From an uncultured candidate division Zixibacteria bacterium (GTDB lineage Bacteria > Zixibacteria > MSB-5A5 > GN15 > FEB-12), in contig CAVTJJ010000004.1 of the NCBI GenBank assembly GCA_963735035.1, positions 960,001 through 1,024,000 of the forward strand: 64,000 bases of DNA, in the 5' to 3' direction. The translations under genes were made by a program, and so were the position numbers. The notes beneath the pieces were generated by a model that saw only the letters and a list, made by a program, of their open reading frames with translations, did no database searches and had not been told where the DNA came from. How positions within the stretch are numbered: position 1 is the first letter of the stretch; the number at the start of each line of letters is the position of its first letter. Shown here piece after piece: positions 19,643 to 28,916 of the stretch.

Positions 19643-21946
19643 CTAGAGAGCCACGCGAAGGCCGATCATGGGCAGGATGCCGGCGTCGTAGATCAGACCG
19701 GCTGAAGAATAGACGACAGGGTTGGCGCGGTTGGTGACGTTGACTATCGCCATCAACAACTCTACCCGTCCCATTCGATAACTACTACTGAGATTCACGT
19801 ACGCATTGGTGGAAAACCGGCGGCTGTTTTCCTCCTGCAGGGTCGCGCGATAGTATTCCCATTGGTAAAGCTTGGACTCGTCGGCCGTCCAGTCGGAGTG
19901 CAGCGGCGAGAAAGGATACCCGGACCGGATTTGTACTTCGGCTCCGAAATTCAGCTTGCGCGAGCAGCGGTAGTCGATCTGGGTCTGGAACCGATGGGGC
20001 ACGTCGAGATCATAACGTGATATGATGCCGTGGTCATAGGTGTGGGAAACCGTATAGGCGTAGGAAGCATTCAATCCGAAGCGATCTCCGAACAGACGAT
20101 TCTCCTGCACCGACATGAATATGCCTTGGAACCGCGCGCTCCCTTCGGACTGCACCATGATGAAATCATTGCCCACAGCACTATGTGATGTAGCCACTGC
20201 TCCAAAATCAGGGGAGACTATCGGCAGGTTGCGGAGCGTCTTGCGGAACACCCCGACACCAAGTCCGCGCCATGAGAATTGTACTGTCCGCAGCTCGGTA
20301 GTGATCGGTGTCAGATTCTCCAGGTTGGTGCGCACCATTACCTGATATGATTCAATAATGTTGTCCAGCGGGGCATTGGAGTAGGTTCCCCAGGCGAAAC
20401 TCAGATTCGTTTGCGAGCCCAACGCGTATCCCAGCCTGGTCCGAAAGCCGGTGAAAGCGCCATTACGGAGCGGTGTATAGTTGTCCTGCCGCACACCTAC
20501 TACCAATGTGGCGGCGCCGATCGGTAATTCGCCCGAGAGATATCCGGAGGTACGGCTCAGCCGGGCGCTGCCGGCCCTATCGCCATAGGTCTGGTTGAGG
20601 GCTTTCTGATAAACGAATGGATTGTCGGTACTGGCGAACGGGGGAAGGAAATTCCAGTTGCGCTGTTCGAGCGAGTAATCGCGATGACTATCCTGTTCCG
20701 TTTCCAGTCCCGCCTTGACTACCAAGCGCCCTGGATTGTAGTCAACCCCGGCCTGGGCAAAATCTGTTCGGTAGTCTTCACTTAAGTTTACTCTTATGCC
20801 ACCAATTGAAGCAGCATTTGTCGGTTCGGCCCTGTAGTCGCGATTCCCATAGCGGGTCGCGAGGGCCAGGTGCGTGAAGAATCGAGAATGGCGGTCTTCC
20901 AGACGGATCCCGAACTGATTCTCGTGGCTCGATTGGTACGTATTGACACTGGCAACGTCGGCGATTCTCGACGCGTTATAGCTCAAGAAATCACCGACCT
21001 CGTAATGATCGACCATCAAACGAGTCGTCTTCGACAACTTCAGGCCGAACGAACCGAAAGCGTCCTGAAAATTAGTTGGCGGCAGCGTCGCCCGGTTCGT
21101 GCGGATATCCAACTGGCGGACCAGTCGGTCGAGCAACGACTTCCTGAGAGCGCCCTGCACGTAGAATCGATCAGTCGCCAGCGAGAAAGTACCGGTCGCC
21201 TCGAGTGTCGATAAGGTCAGTTCGCCGCCGGTCGGATGACCGAACAGCTCCGCCGTACTGAACTTTACCGTTGAAGGTAGTTGTTGATCGGCGGTTGTTC
21301 CCATCGGCTGAAATTCCATCTTGTCGACAATCGACGCCGGTACGTACGAAAACATGCCGTAATGCGACGGATCAGTACCGATCGGAAGGCCGTTGAGATA
21401 GTACACGGGACTGGTTCCGTAGACTCTGATCTGTGATGAAAGATTCGAGCCGACCCGGCTCACCTGTGATCCTTTGATAGCTGCAATTGGATTGGTCATC
21501 ACCAGCGACTGCGCCGCCCGAGCCAATACGGCATCGTGCTTCATGGCCGGCTGGGTGGGGCCCGAATACTGCGGGGTGACTCTCATCCCGGAGACTTCAA
21601 CCGCAGTCTCGGATAACGACACCGTTAAGGCGCTCTGTAATTCACTCGCGGCAATGGTCTGCGTCCGGGTATTGTACCCGACCGAGGATACCCGAAGATC
21701 AAGCGATTGATGATTCGTATTGGGAAGAGGCAGATTGAAATGGCCGTTGTTGTCAGTAGCAACACCCGCGACAACTTTCCCCGAGTCCAGAACAATAACC
21801 GTGGCGCCAGGAATTGGCTGACCGTTCTCGGATCGGACCTGTCCGCTTATGCTGACCGAAGCCGACAGACCGGACGCCTGGGTCAGCAGGACCACAAGGG
21901 CCAGAAGGGACAACAACGCGATCCTATGCATTATAGTCATAATCAT
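19643..21946 (-). CDS. TonB-dependent receptor-like outer-membrane protein with an N-terminal carboxypeptidase-regulatory-like domain
   Basis: Signal peptide, ISGQV…PIPGATV…TDNNGHF…SSVGY, plug-like IRVYG…YYLNGLPI, amphipathic beta strands to the C-terminus. Confidence 0.8.
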   Translation of the reverse strand: MIMTIMHRIALLSLLALVVLLTQASGLSASVSISGQVRSENGQPIPGATVIVLDSGKVVAGVATDNNGHFNLPLPNTNHQSLDLRVSSVGYNTRTQTIAASELQSALTVSLSETAVEVSGMRVTPQYSGPTQPAMKHDAVLARAAQSLVMTNPIAAIKGSQVSRVGSNLSSQIRVYGTSPVYYLNGLPIGTDPSHYGMFSYVPASIVDKMEFQPMGTTADQQLPSTVKFSTAELFGHPTGGELTLSTLEATGTFSLATDRFYVQGALRKSLLDRLVRQLDIRTNRATLPPTNFQDAFGSFGLKLSKTTRLMVDHYEVGDFLSYNASRIADVASVNTYQSSHENQFGIRLEDRHSRFFTHLALATRYGNRDYRAEPTNAASIGGIRVNLSEDYRTDFAQAGVDYNPGRLVVKAGLETEQDSHRDYSLEQRNWNFLPPFASTDNPFVYQKALNQTYGDRAGSARLSRTSGYLSGELPIGAATLVVGVRQDNYTPLRNGAFTGFRTRLGYALGSQTNLSFAWGTYSNAPLDNIIESYQVMVRTNLENLTPITTELRTVQFSWRGLGVGVFRKTLRNLPIVSPDFGAVATSHSAVGNDFIMVQSEGSARFQGIFMSVQENRLFGDRFGLNASYAYTVSHTYDHGIISRYDLDVPHRFQTQIDYRCSRKLNFGAEVQIRSGYPFSPLHSDWTADESKLYQWEYYRATLQEENSRRFSTNAYVNLSSSYRMGRVELLMAIVNVTNRANPVVYSSAGLIYDAGILPMIGLRVAL

Positions 21947-22230
21947 ATCCTGAGAGGTCTCAGGTCAAAATGTATGCCAGTAAACGGACTTCCAGCGGGT
22001 CCGTGTATCTACGGGTATCATAACAGCTTACGGTGTGCAAGAGTTTCCCACGGGGATGCGCAGGAATGCAGCTTTGTGAAACGAGGCGGCAATTCTGCAA
22101 TCCGGAGCATACCCCTCCTCTTTTCCTGAAGGGGGTGCTGGCAGAGGCCGAGATTTGCACCTATATTGACCGCTTCTTTGGCTCCCCGGATTGGGCCAGG
22201 TTGAATGACAGGAAGCAGGCAAGCAGAAGC

Positions 22231-23181
22231 ATGAATTACAACGGAGAACTGGCCGCTCTTACCACTGCTGTGTGCTGGTCGGTGACCGCGATTTTCTTCG
22301 CCGAGGCTGGGCGGCGCATCGGCTCGTTTCGGGTTAATGCGATCCGGCTGCTCTTTGCGGTCGCAATCTACTCCGTAGTCCTGCTGCTGACTCGCGGCTA
22401 CCTGTTTCCCCCAGACTTGAACCGCATGCAGGTGTTCTACCTGGCGCTCTCCGGGCTGGTGGGACTGGTTATTGGCGACGGTGCCGGGTTCAAGGCGCTA
22501 GTGATGATTGGTCCGCGACTCAGCACGCTACTGGCAGTGACAGCCCCTGTCATGGCCACGGTCATTGCGTGGATATTTCTCGGTGAACGCCTCCAGATTG
22601 TCGATCTGTTTGGGATTGCGGTAACTATCGGTGGGGTGGGATGGGTGGTGGCCGAACGGCGCTACCAGAACCACAACCATTTTCAACTTCACGCCGACCA
22701 TCCCGACTCCGGCACTCTCGGCCGGGGGGTTCTGCTTGCGCTGGTAGCTGCCCTGGGTCAGGCCGCGGGACTGGTCTTGTCCAAACAGGCGATGCTCAAC
22801 TGCGGGTCGCCGCTCGATCCCCTTCCGGCGTCGTTTCTGCGGATGCTTACATCGGCCGTCATGATCTGGCTGTTTGCCGGCCTGCGGGGACGCCTGATCG
22901 ACACGCTCAAGGGATTTCAGCACCGCACCGGGATTCTATGTGCGGTCGGGGGCGCCATATTTGGTCCTTTCCTGGGGGTGTGGATGTCGCTCGTAGCCGT
23001 GGCGCGCATTCCCGCCGGTATTGCCGCGACCCTCAACGCCACGACCCCGGTCTGGATCATTCCGAACGTGATGTACTTCTACAAAGAAAAAATCTCGCTT
23101 CGCGCCGTTGTGGGTGCTATACTGGCCGTGGGTGGCATAGCTATCTTGTTCATGGCCGATGAAATATTTGGAGTATTCTAG
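22231..23181 (+). CDS. DMT/EamA family transporter
   Basis: About 10 TM segments in two repeats; FLGERL and YKEKISLR motifs; ATG 22231. Confidence 0.9.
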   Translation: MNYNGELAALTTAVCWSVTAIFFAEAGRRIGSFRVNAIRLLFAVAIYSVVLLLTRGYLFPPDLNRMQVFYLALSGLVGLVIGDGAGFKALVMIGPRLSTLLAVTAPVMATVIAWIFLGERLQIVDLFGIAVTIGGVGWVVAERRYQNHNHFQLHADHPDSGTLGRGVLLALVAALGQAAGLVLSKQAMLNCGSPLDPLPASFLRMLTSAVMIWLFAGLRGRLIDTLKGFQHRTGILCAVGGAIFGPFLGVWMSLVAVARIPAGIAATLNATTPVWIIPNVMYFYKEKISLRAVVGAILAVGGIAILFMADEIFGVF

Positions 23182-24115
23182 ACTACGCGCTTTTGTGGCC
23201 AGGTATTTCGCCTGTTCCAATCCGGACCGGCGGGTTGGCCGCTTAGGTATATTCGACTCGGATTATATCGATATCTTCCGCTTCTTTGGTCCGGAGGGAA
23301 TGCGACCATCCGATGTACGCGTCTTCTACCTCGACGAACCCTTTCAAATTCAGGACCCGCTCATTCGCGAATTCGCCCTGACTACGGCGCAACAAATGCG
23401 CGCCGAGGGTCGTATCTACGACGGTGGCCCGGTCATGAAACTGGCGTCGTGCACACTCGGGGCCGGTGAACCGCATATCACGGTGCAGCCGTGCGATTAT
23501 TCGTTGCAGGCCGGAACTTGCTTTGCCCTGGACCTGCCAGACGCCCGCTTTGAATCGGTGGGTGGGACGTTACGCGACTACTATCGCCGGGGGTGTATCG
23601 TCCCGACATTCGAGAACAATCCGCTGGCGATTTGCCTGGGCGTGAGCGGCATGCTGATGGTCGAAGAAGGTAGCGAGAGGTTCATCCTGCGGGCCGAAAG
23701 GGCATCGCACCTGGCGTCCCTGGAGGAGTCGAGCGGGCCGTCGGTAGCGGGTGTAGTCGATTACATTACAGGTCACCCAAATCTGGCGGAGTTGATTGTT
23801 GCGGCTATGAGCAACGAAATCCAGGAAGAGCTAGGCCTGCTTCACGGTGAATACGAAATCATCCCCCTGGCCTGGGCCACTGAGCTGTTTCGTGGCGAGC
23901 GACCGCAAATATTCTGTCTGATACGCACATTGCTTGAACGCGACGGAGTGATGGCGCGTCTCAATGCAGTCCCGAAGGAACGTCGCGAATTCGAAAGTGT
24001 CCGCTTCATGCCTTTGTATGGCGGAACCATGCTCGACCAGAAGGACCTTGATACGTTGAACTTCGAAGCGAAGATGAATTTCTATCTGGCCGAAGAGTAT
24101 CTTGGTTTGGGATAA
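23159..24115 (+). CDS. Hypothetical protein, possibly Nudix-fold
   Basis: Partial Nudix-box-like AGVVD…NEIQEELGL; overlaps the DMT gene end. Confidence 0.6.
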   Translation: MKYLEYSRLRAFVARYFACSNPDRRVGRLGIFDSDYIDIFRFFGPEGMRPSDVRVFYLDEPFQIQDPLIREFALTTAQQMRAEGRIYDGGPVMKLASCTLGAGEPHITVQPCDYSLQAGTCFALDLPDARFESVGGTLRDYYRRGCIVPTFENNPLAICLGVSGMLMVEEGSERFILRAERASHLASLEESSGPSVAGVVDYITGHPNLAELIVAAMSNEIQEELGLLHGEYEIIPLAWATELFRGERPQIFCLIRTLLERDGVMARLNAVPKERREFESVRFMPLYGGTMLDQKDLDTLNFEAKMNFYLAEEYLGLG

Positions 24116-24187
24116 GGTTTTGTTCTGGAATAAGGTTTTGTTTTGATCGGCAGGGCTCAGCCCCTGCCGCTTGGGTGGCTAACTACC

Positions 24188-24215
24188 GTGCCCGGCAGAT
24201 GTCCACATCTGCCGG
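24188..24215. repeat. REP-like hairpin family GTGCCCGGCAGATGTCCACATCTGCCGG
   Basis: Identical copies at 24188, 53914 and 61114; reversed or variant copies at about 54182-54208 and 55962-55998. Confidence 0.85.
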
Positions 24216-24340
24216 CTGACAGAGTGCCTGGTGGCCCACCTGCTTGCAGGTGGGGGATAGACAGAAGCGACGGAAAGAATGTCGAAACCGTCCGAAGCGG
24301 CCTGGTTTCGACCTACAAGACAGTGGCACAGAAAGTACAT

Positions 24341-24871
24341 ATGATAGACTCTTGTCAACAACGTCTGATGCGCTTTGAAAAGAAGAGAGATTGGAAGAAC
24401 GCCGCTGCCGCGAACAGAACCTTCATTGCTCAGTATCCTGAAAGCCACTGGTTCCTAACAAAGCAGTCAGAGTACTACTACGAACTCAAGCAGTACGGAA
24501 GAGCACTGAAACACGCGCGGAAGGCGTTGCAGTTGGCCCCCCATTGCCCGCTGGTTCTCTGGGATTATGCTGGAGCCTTGCATATGTTGGATCAGACAGA
24601 GCAGGCCAGGCTTGTTTACAGGAGGCTGCTACGCAGAGGTGTTGAACACATTGCATATGGTCAGTGTGGTGAAGGATATAGATGGGCGGAGAACCTTCTT
24701 TGCGATTGCCTCTACAAGATCGGAACGGGGTACGCTGATGAGGGTAAGACGAGACTGGCAATCCGATACCTGCGCCGTCACCTTGTCTCTAGGAGACCGG
24801 GACTTCGCAGCCTGTTTCCGGCGAAGAATGTGCGTCGGAAGTTGGCTGATCTTGAGAAGAAGACGGAGTAG
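24341..24871 (+). CDS. Tetratricopeptide-repeat protein
   Basis: Helical TPR-like pattern (YYELKQYGRALKHARKALQLAP, LWDYAGALHML). The upstream part of the track ORF reads through repeats, so the start is uncertain (24341 or 24368). Confidence 0.7.
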   Translation: MIDSCQQRLMRFEKKRDWKNAAAANRTFIAQYPESHWFLTKQSEYYYELKQYGRALKHARKALQLAPHCPLVLWDYAGALHMLDQTEQARLVYRRLLRRGVEHIAYGQCGEGYRWAENLLCDCLYKIGTGYADEGKTRLAIRYLRRHLVSRRPGLRSLFPAKNVRRKLADLEKKTE

Positions 24872-24975
24872 TTTCCGCCTGCTTGCAGGTGGGGGATAGA
24901 TGCATCATATGAGAATGTAACCACCCACAGCAAGCTGTGGGGTACCAAGCTATTTGATGAACAAACAGAGAGATT

Positions 24976-25818
24976 ATGAGCGAATCAAAAAGTAACATAA
25001 CATCAATCAAGACAGTCGGGACCTTTATCAAAGTTGGGGCATGTTCGAGTACGCTATGCAACGTCCTCAACCGCGCCTATGAACAGCCTTTGATCAACGA
25101 GGAAAGCGCCGCCATTCCTCTCGCGGGCGGTCTAATGCAGCATGGTTACCAGTGCGGCATGATCTGGGGCTCGACCCTCGCCGCCGGGGCGCAGGCATAT
25201 CGACTTCATGGCGCGGGGCCGAAGGCCGAAACCAGGGCTATTGTCGCGGCCCAAAGGGTGGTGGCATCTTTCCGTACTCTCAATAACTGCATTGACTGCT
25301 TCGATATTACCGAAATGAACGAGACTTCAACTGGATGGCAGTTGACGAAGCACTTTCTGCTAAAAGGCGGCACTATACATTGCTTCAGCATGGCCTCAAA
25401 ATATGCCCCGGTGGTATTCAATGAGATCAACGCCGCGCTCTCCGAGAACCATATCGATACATTCTCCGCGCCCGTGAGTTGTGCGGCGGTGTTGGCTCAG
25501 AAGATGGGCGCGTCCGACATGCACACAGTCATGGCGTCGGGACTTGCGGGCGGTATTGGGTTGAGTGGCGGCGGCTGTGGGGCGTTGGGGGCGGCCTTAT
25601 GGATCACCGGTTTGAACAGCCTCAAGGCGGGCAATAAGAAGATCGATTACAAAGCCCCCGAGAACTTTGCGCTGATCGACAAATTCCTGAAATGCACGAA
25701 CTACGAATTCACGTGCTCCAAGATAGTCGGGCGGAAGTTCGAGAGTGTCGGTGACCACGCCGCTTATGTGTGCAACGGCGGCTGCTCGAAGATCATTGAG
25801 GTGTTAGCGGCGAAGTGA
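24976..25818 (+). CDS. Tandem C-GCAxxG-C-C family putative redox-active protein
   Basis: Two repeats of C…LAGG…CG(M/A)xxG…F…C; Cys-rich. Confidence 0.8.
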   Translation: MSESKSNITSIKTVGTFIKVGACSSTLCNVLNRAYEQPLINEESAAIPLAGGLMQHGYQCGMIWGSTLAAGAQAYRLHGAGPKAETRAIVAAQRVVASFRTLNNCIDCFDITEMNETSTGWQLTKHFLLKGGTIHCFSMASKYAPVVFNEINAALSENHIDTFSAPVSCAAVLAQKMGASDMHTVMASGLAGGIGLSGGGCGALGAALWITGLNSLKAGNKKIDYKAPENFALIDKFLKCTNYEFTCSKIVGRKFESVGDHAAYVCNGGCSKIIEVLAAK

Positions 25819-25881
25819 TGGGAAAGATGATCGGGTAGGTGGCCCACCTAGCCATAAAGAGCAGAAGGCTAAACGTTATAC

Positions 25882-26307
25882 ATGGTTGACGAGCCATACA
25901 CAAATCGACAGCGAGAAGATATTGACGTATTGAAGCGCTCGCAGCGAAGACTCGCGGAAGCAAGTTCGTTGTTGTTGCGTTATGTGCCCACGCTCTTCTG
26001 GCTGTTTCTTAGAACACGAGTGATGCCGCTTCCATCAATTCTTGAACCGTTGCTCAATACGATGCTTTGCAGCTACATAATCTTTGCGCTCGGATTCGGA
26101 CTGATGTTCGTTTTCTTCGTGATGCAGTTAACCATTAGACTGCATAGGTTCTATATCTGGCAGAAATATGGTTCAAATGAGCTTCCGCCGTATCCAGTTG
26201 TCGACCCTGGGTACAGACAGTACTTTCGTTATGTCTTGAGAATCACCGTCGTTGTAGAAGTAATTGTGGACTCGTTCTTCGTTGTGGATCTATTTACCAC
26301 GACGTAG
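25882..26307 (+). CDS. Hypothetical membrane protein
   Basis: 141-aa ORF with 2-3 hydrophobic segments, located between REP hairpins. Confidence 0.55.
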   Translation: MVDEPYTNRQREDIDVLKRSQRRLAEASSLLLRYVPTLFWLFLRTRVMPLPSILEPLLNTMLCSYIIFALGFGLMFVFFVMQLTIRLHRFYIWQKYGSNELPPYPVVDPGYRQYFRYVLRITVVVEVIVDSFFVVDLFTTT

Positions 26308-26371
26308 ATTACGCGCTGTCACCGGGTAGCCCACAGCTCTGCTGTGGGTAAGATCGCCATGAGGCCGAGCT

Positions 26372-26830
26372 ATGATATTCAACGATTCGCTGTTGGTATT
26401 CGAAAACGAGATTCGTGAAAGAAGCCGCTGGCAGGCGTTTCTAGAAGTTCTCAAAAAGTACACGTTCGATCTGAGACCGATTCATCGATATCGCGGTCGC
26501 GTGACACTGATTGGTGATGTTCTCGGAATCGACATGCACCACGTCCACACCTCGGTCCCGCTCGTAATGAATATCCCTCTGCTGAGCATCGTTGGTCTGG
26601 ACATAGGGTACAACGACGTTCTTACCTCCCTCACGGTCCCCCGGTGGCACTGGCGGCTCGGACCCATTGGTGTGCGTTATGAAGACGAAAACGGAAAGGA
26701 TACCACGATCTACCTATTTGCAGCCTACGATCACGGATGGACTGTGAATCCGAATTGCAGGAATGACGATCTGTTCAAGGCTATGAGTAGCCGTATTATG
26801 GAGTTGAAGGCAAAGAAGAATCAGCCATGA
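26372..26830 (+). CDS. Hypothetical protein
   Basis: 152-aa ORF with a GAGG RBS, bounded by REP hairpins. Confidence 0.6.
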   Translation: MIFNDSLLVFENEIRERSRWQAFLEVLKKYTFDLRPIHRYRGRVTLIGDVLGIDMHHVHTSVPLVMNIPLLSIVGLDIGYNDVLTSLTVPRWHWRLGPIGVRYEDENGKDTTIYLFAAYDHGWTVNPNCRNDDLFKAMSSRIMELKAKKNQP

Positions 26831-26932
26831 GCTACCCAGATCGTCTAAGTAGCGTCATCGTCGGGTTGCTCGTGTCTCGCTTCGCGAGACCCTCGTGAAC
26901 CCGACCTACATGAACCTACGGCCAGTATGAAT

Positions 26933-26961
26933 GGCAGAACCACCAAGGGGTTCTGCCCTAC
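26933..26961 (-). repeat. GTAG-tagged REP GTAGGGCAGAACCCCTTGGTGGTTCTGCC
   Basis: Perfect 9-bp stem with a GTAG tag; relatives at 51491, 53952, 54223 (IS481-interrupted) and 55867. Confidence 0.85.
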
Positions 26962-27092
26962 GAACCTGCGACGATTTGTTTAATCCCACCCGCAAGTAAC
27001 TATGATACTGTTCGTGATTTGAGCCTCTGTTCGGACAAGGTATCGTATCGTGGTCTGAAGACAACGATAGATCCTTAGAACAGGAGGCTCAG

Positions 27093-28151
27093 ATGAGAAG
27101 GTACGAAGTTGGAGCGGAAGTGGGAAGTGCTGTTTTTGTTGGCGTGGATGTTCACAAGCGTCAGTGGTTTGTCACGGTGAGGACGTTAGAAGTGGAACTG
27201 TTCTGTGGCAGCATTAACGGGGATTGGGCGTCTTTGCGGTGTTTGCTGGATCGGTATGATCCTGGGTGTGTGTCCGTGGTTTACGAGGCGGGTTTTTCTG
27301 GTTTTTGGCTGCACGACTGTGTGGTAGCGTGGGGTGGTCAGTGCGTAGTAACGCCGCCGAGCTTGGTGCCGATGGCCTACGGTAATCGGGTGAAGACGGA
27401 CAAGCGGGATAGCCGGAAGCTGGCCTGGTTGCTGTCGTTAGGGTTGTTGAAGAAGGTCTGGGTTCCGGATGAGAGTCAGCGGGGTCACCGAGAGGTCTTA
27501 CGTCGTCGTCGTCAATTGGTTCAAGATCGGGTACGTCTTCAGAGTCGGATCAAATCGGAGTTGGCCTTATATGGTATTTCAGTGTGCAGTGGGACGGGTC
27601 GGTGGACCGGTCCGTTATTAGAGCGTCTGAGACAGGTGTGTTTGGCAGATGTCTGGGCTCAGGCGAGCTACGAGCGGTTGTTGGAGATGTACGATCTGGT
27701 AAGTAACCAGCTGGCGTTGCAGACACGACTGTTGCGGGAGTTGTCACGACTGCCACAGTATCGTGATCGAGTTCGGCTGTTAAGTAGCGTTCCCGGCATA
27801 GGGGTTATTACGGCGATGGCTCTGCTGTTGGAATTGCATGAGGTCGGTCGTTTTGGACGGGCTGAGCAATTGGCGGCTTATGTGGGACTGACACCTTCGC
27901 AGTATTCCAGCGGTGATCATGTCCGGATGGGTCGGATTACCGGCACGGGCAACAGCTATCTTCGGGGCTTGTTAGTGGAATCGTCCTGGATTGCCGTTCG
28001 GAAGGACCCACACTTACAACTGGTCTATAACCGGATCAAGCAACGTGCCGGCGGCAAACGAGCCATAGTGGCGGTAGCTCGACGACTGGTCTTGGCAGTC
28101 AGGCGGGTTCTGCTTGATAACGTTGCCTATGAGCCGTGTGCGGCCGCCTAA
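27093..28151 (+). CDS. IS110 family DEDD transposase/recombinase
   Basis: VFVGVDVHK, VYEAG, KTDKRDS, LSSVPGIG, YVGLTPSQYSSG, KRAIVAVARRL; AGGAGG RBS. Confidence 0.97.
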   Translation: MRRYEVGAEVGSAVFVGVDVHKRQWFVTVRTLEVELFCGSINGDWASLRCLLDRYDPGCVSVVYEAGFSGFWLHDCVVAWGGQCVVTPPSLVPMAYGNRVKTDKRDSRKLAWLLSLGLLKKVWVPDESQRGHREVLRRRRQLVQDRVRLQSRIKSELALYGISVCSGTGRWTGPLLERLRQVCLADVWAQASYERLLEMYDLVSNQLALQTRLLRELSRLPQYRDRVRLLSSVPGIGVITAMALLLELHEVGRFGRAEQLAAYVGLTPSQYSSGDHVRMGRITGTGNSYLRGLLVESSWIAVRKDPHLQLVYNRIKQRAGGKRAIVAVARRLVLAVRRVLLDNVAYEPCAAA

Positions 28152-28340
28152 GATAACCAAGGAGTCGGAACCGTACCAAGCTAACGCGAGAACAGCGACC
28201 CACCCGCTGTGGCTCGGGCCAACCGAGACCACGTCCGCAAGTCTGCTGCCTCGCCAGGTCACGAGCGGATACATTGCCTGTGGCGCTGCCAGTCAGCGAC
28301 CACGAATAGCAGACTGGTTCGAGTCCTATGCCTGAACAGA
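28152..28340 (+). ncRNA. Putative bridge/seek RNA of the IS110-family element
   Basis: About 190-nt non-coding end with two parallel loops. CCCACCCGCT and CCGCAAG match the target halves; ATAGCAG matches the donor junction. Boundaries approximate. Confidence 0.75.
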
Positions 28341-28525
28341 AAGCCCTTGACACAGTACATAGCAGCGGGTGGGCCACCCCACGTCGTTTCAGAGAATGTA
28401 ACAACCCACAGCAAGCTGTGGGGTACCCGATCCCTGCAGTCAATTTCTGTCACAAACGCAACCGCCGGGACCTTCAAAGAACCCGGCGGCGTAATTGTGT
28501 ATCGTCCGACTTGAGTGAATAGTCG

Positions 28526-28885
28526 TTACTGATCCAAACCGTCTACATCCGTATCAGGACGTGACCGCTCACTGGCAAACTCGCTGATCTCCTCCGGATC
28601 CTTGTCTTTTAGTTTCCCCTTGAACTTCTTCAACTGCACGATGATCTTCTCGGACGCCCCCGTCATCGCGGTGATCATGTCGTTGGTCTCGGCCTTCGCC
28701 GAAAGCATGTGAGCATGCACCTTCACCCGCAATTCGGCGGTGCGACGGTGCCGTTCGGCGTCGAGCACGTACTCGGCCGAAATTATCCGGTCAAAGAAGC
28801 GAGTCAGGCCGTCCATCTCCTCTTCCGCCTTGGCTCTGATTTCCGGCGTAAGGTCGAAATGACGAGCGGTTACTTTCTTCTGCAT
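28526..28885 (-). CDS. hpf: Ribosome hibernation promoting factor (HPF/RaiA)
   Basis: MQKKVTARHFDLTPEIR…QLKKFKGKL; AAGGAAG RBS; lies in the rpoN operon. Confidence 0.88.
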   Translation of the reverse strand: MQKKVTARHFDLTPEIRAKAEEEMDGLTRFFDRIISAEYVLDAERHRRTAELRVKVHAHMLSAKAETNDMITAMTGASEKIIVQLKKFKGKLKDKDPEEISEFASERSRPDTDVDGLDQ

Positions 28886-28916
28886 ACGTGACTTCCTTTC
28901 TGTGACCTCTATAAAT

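Larger units (their letters stand above)
26997..28365 (+). mobile_element. IS110-superfamily (IS1111-type) insertion sequence inserted in a REP hairpin
   Basis: Sub-terminal inverted repeats CTATGATACTGT (27000-27011) and ACAGTACATAG (28352-28362); AG core at both ends (26995-26996, 28364-28365). Flanks rejoin as the hairpin CCCACCCGCAAGCGGGTGGG. Confidence 0.9.

Noticed and set aside
24188..26990. Classical integron cassette array
   Set aside because: No convincing RYYYAAC…GTTRRRY attC sites and no integron integrase were seen; the separators are REP hairpins.
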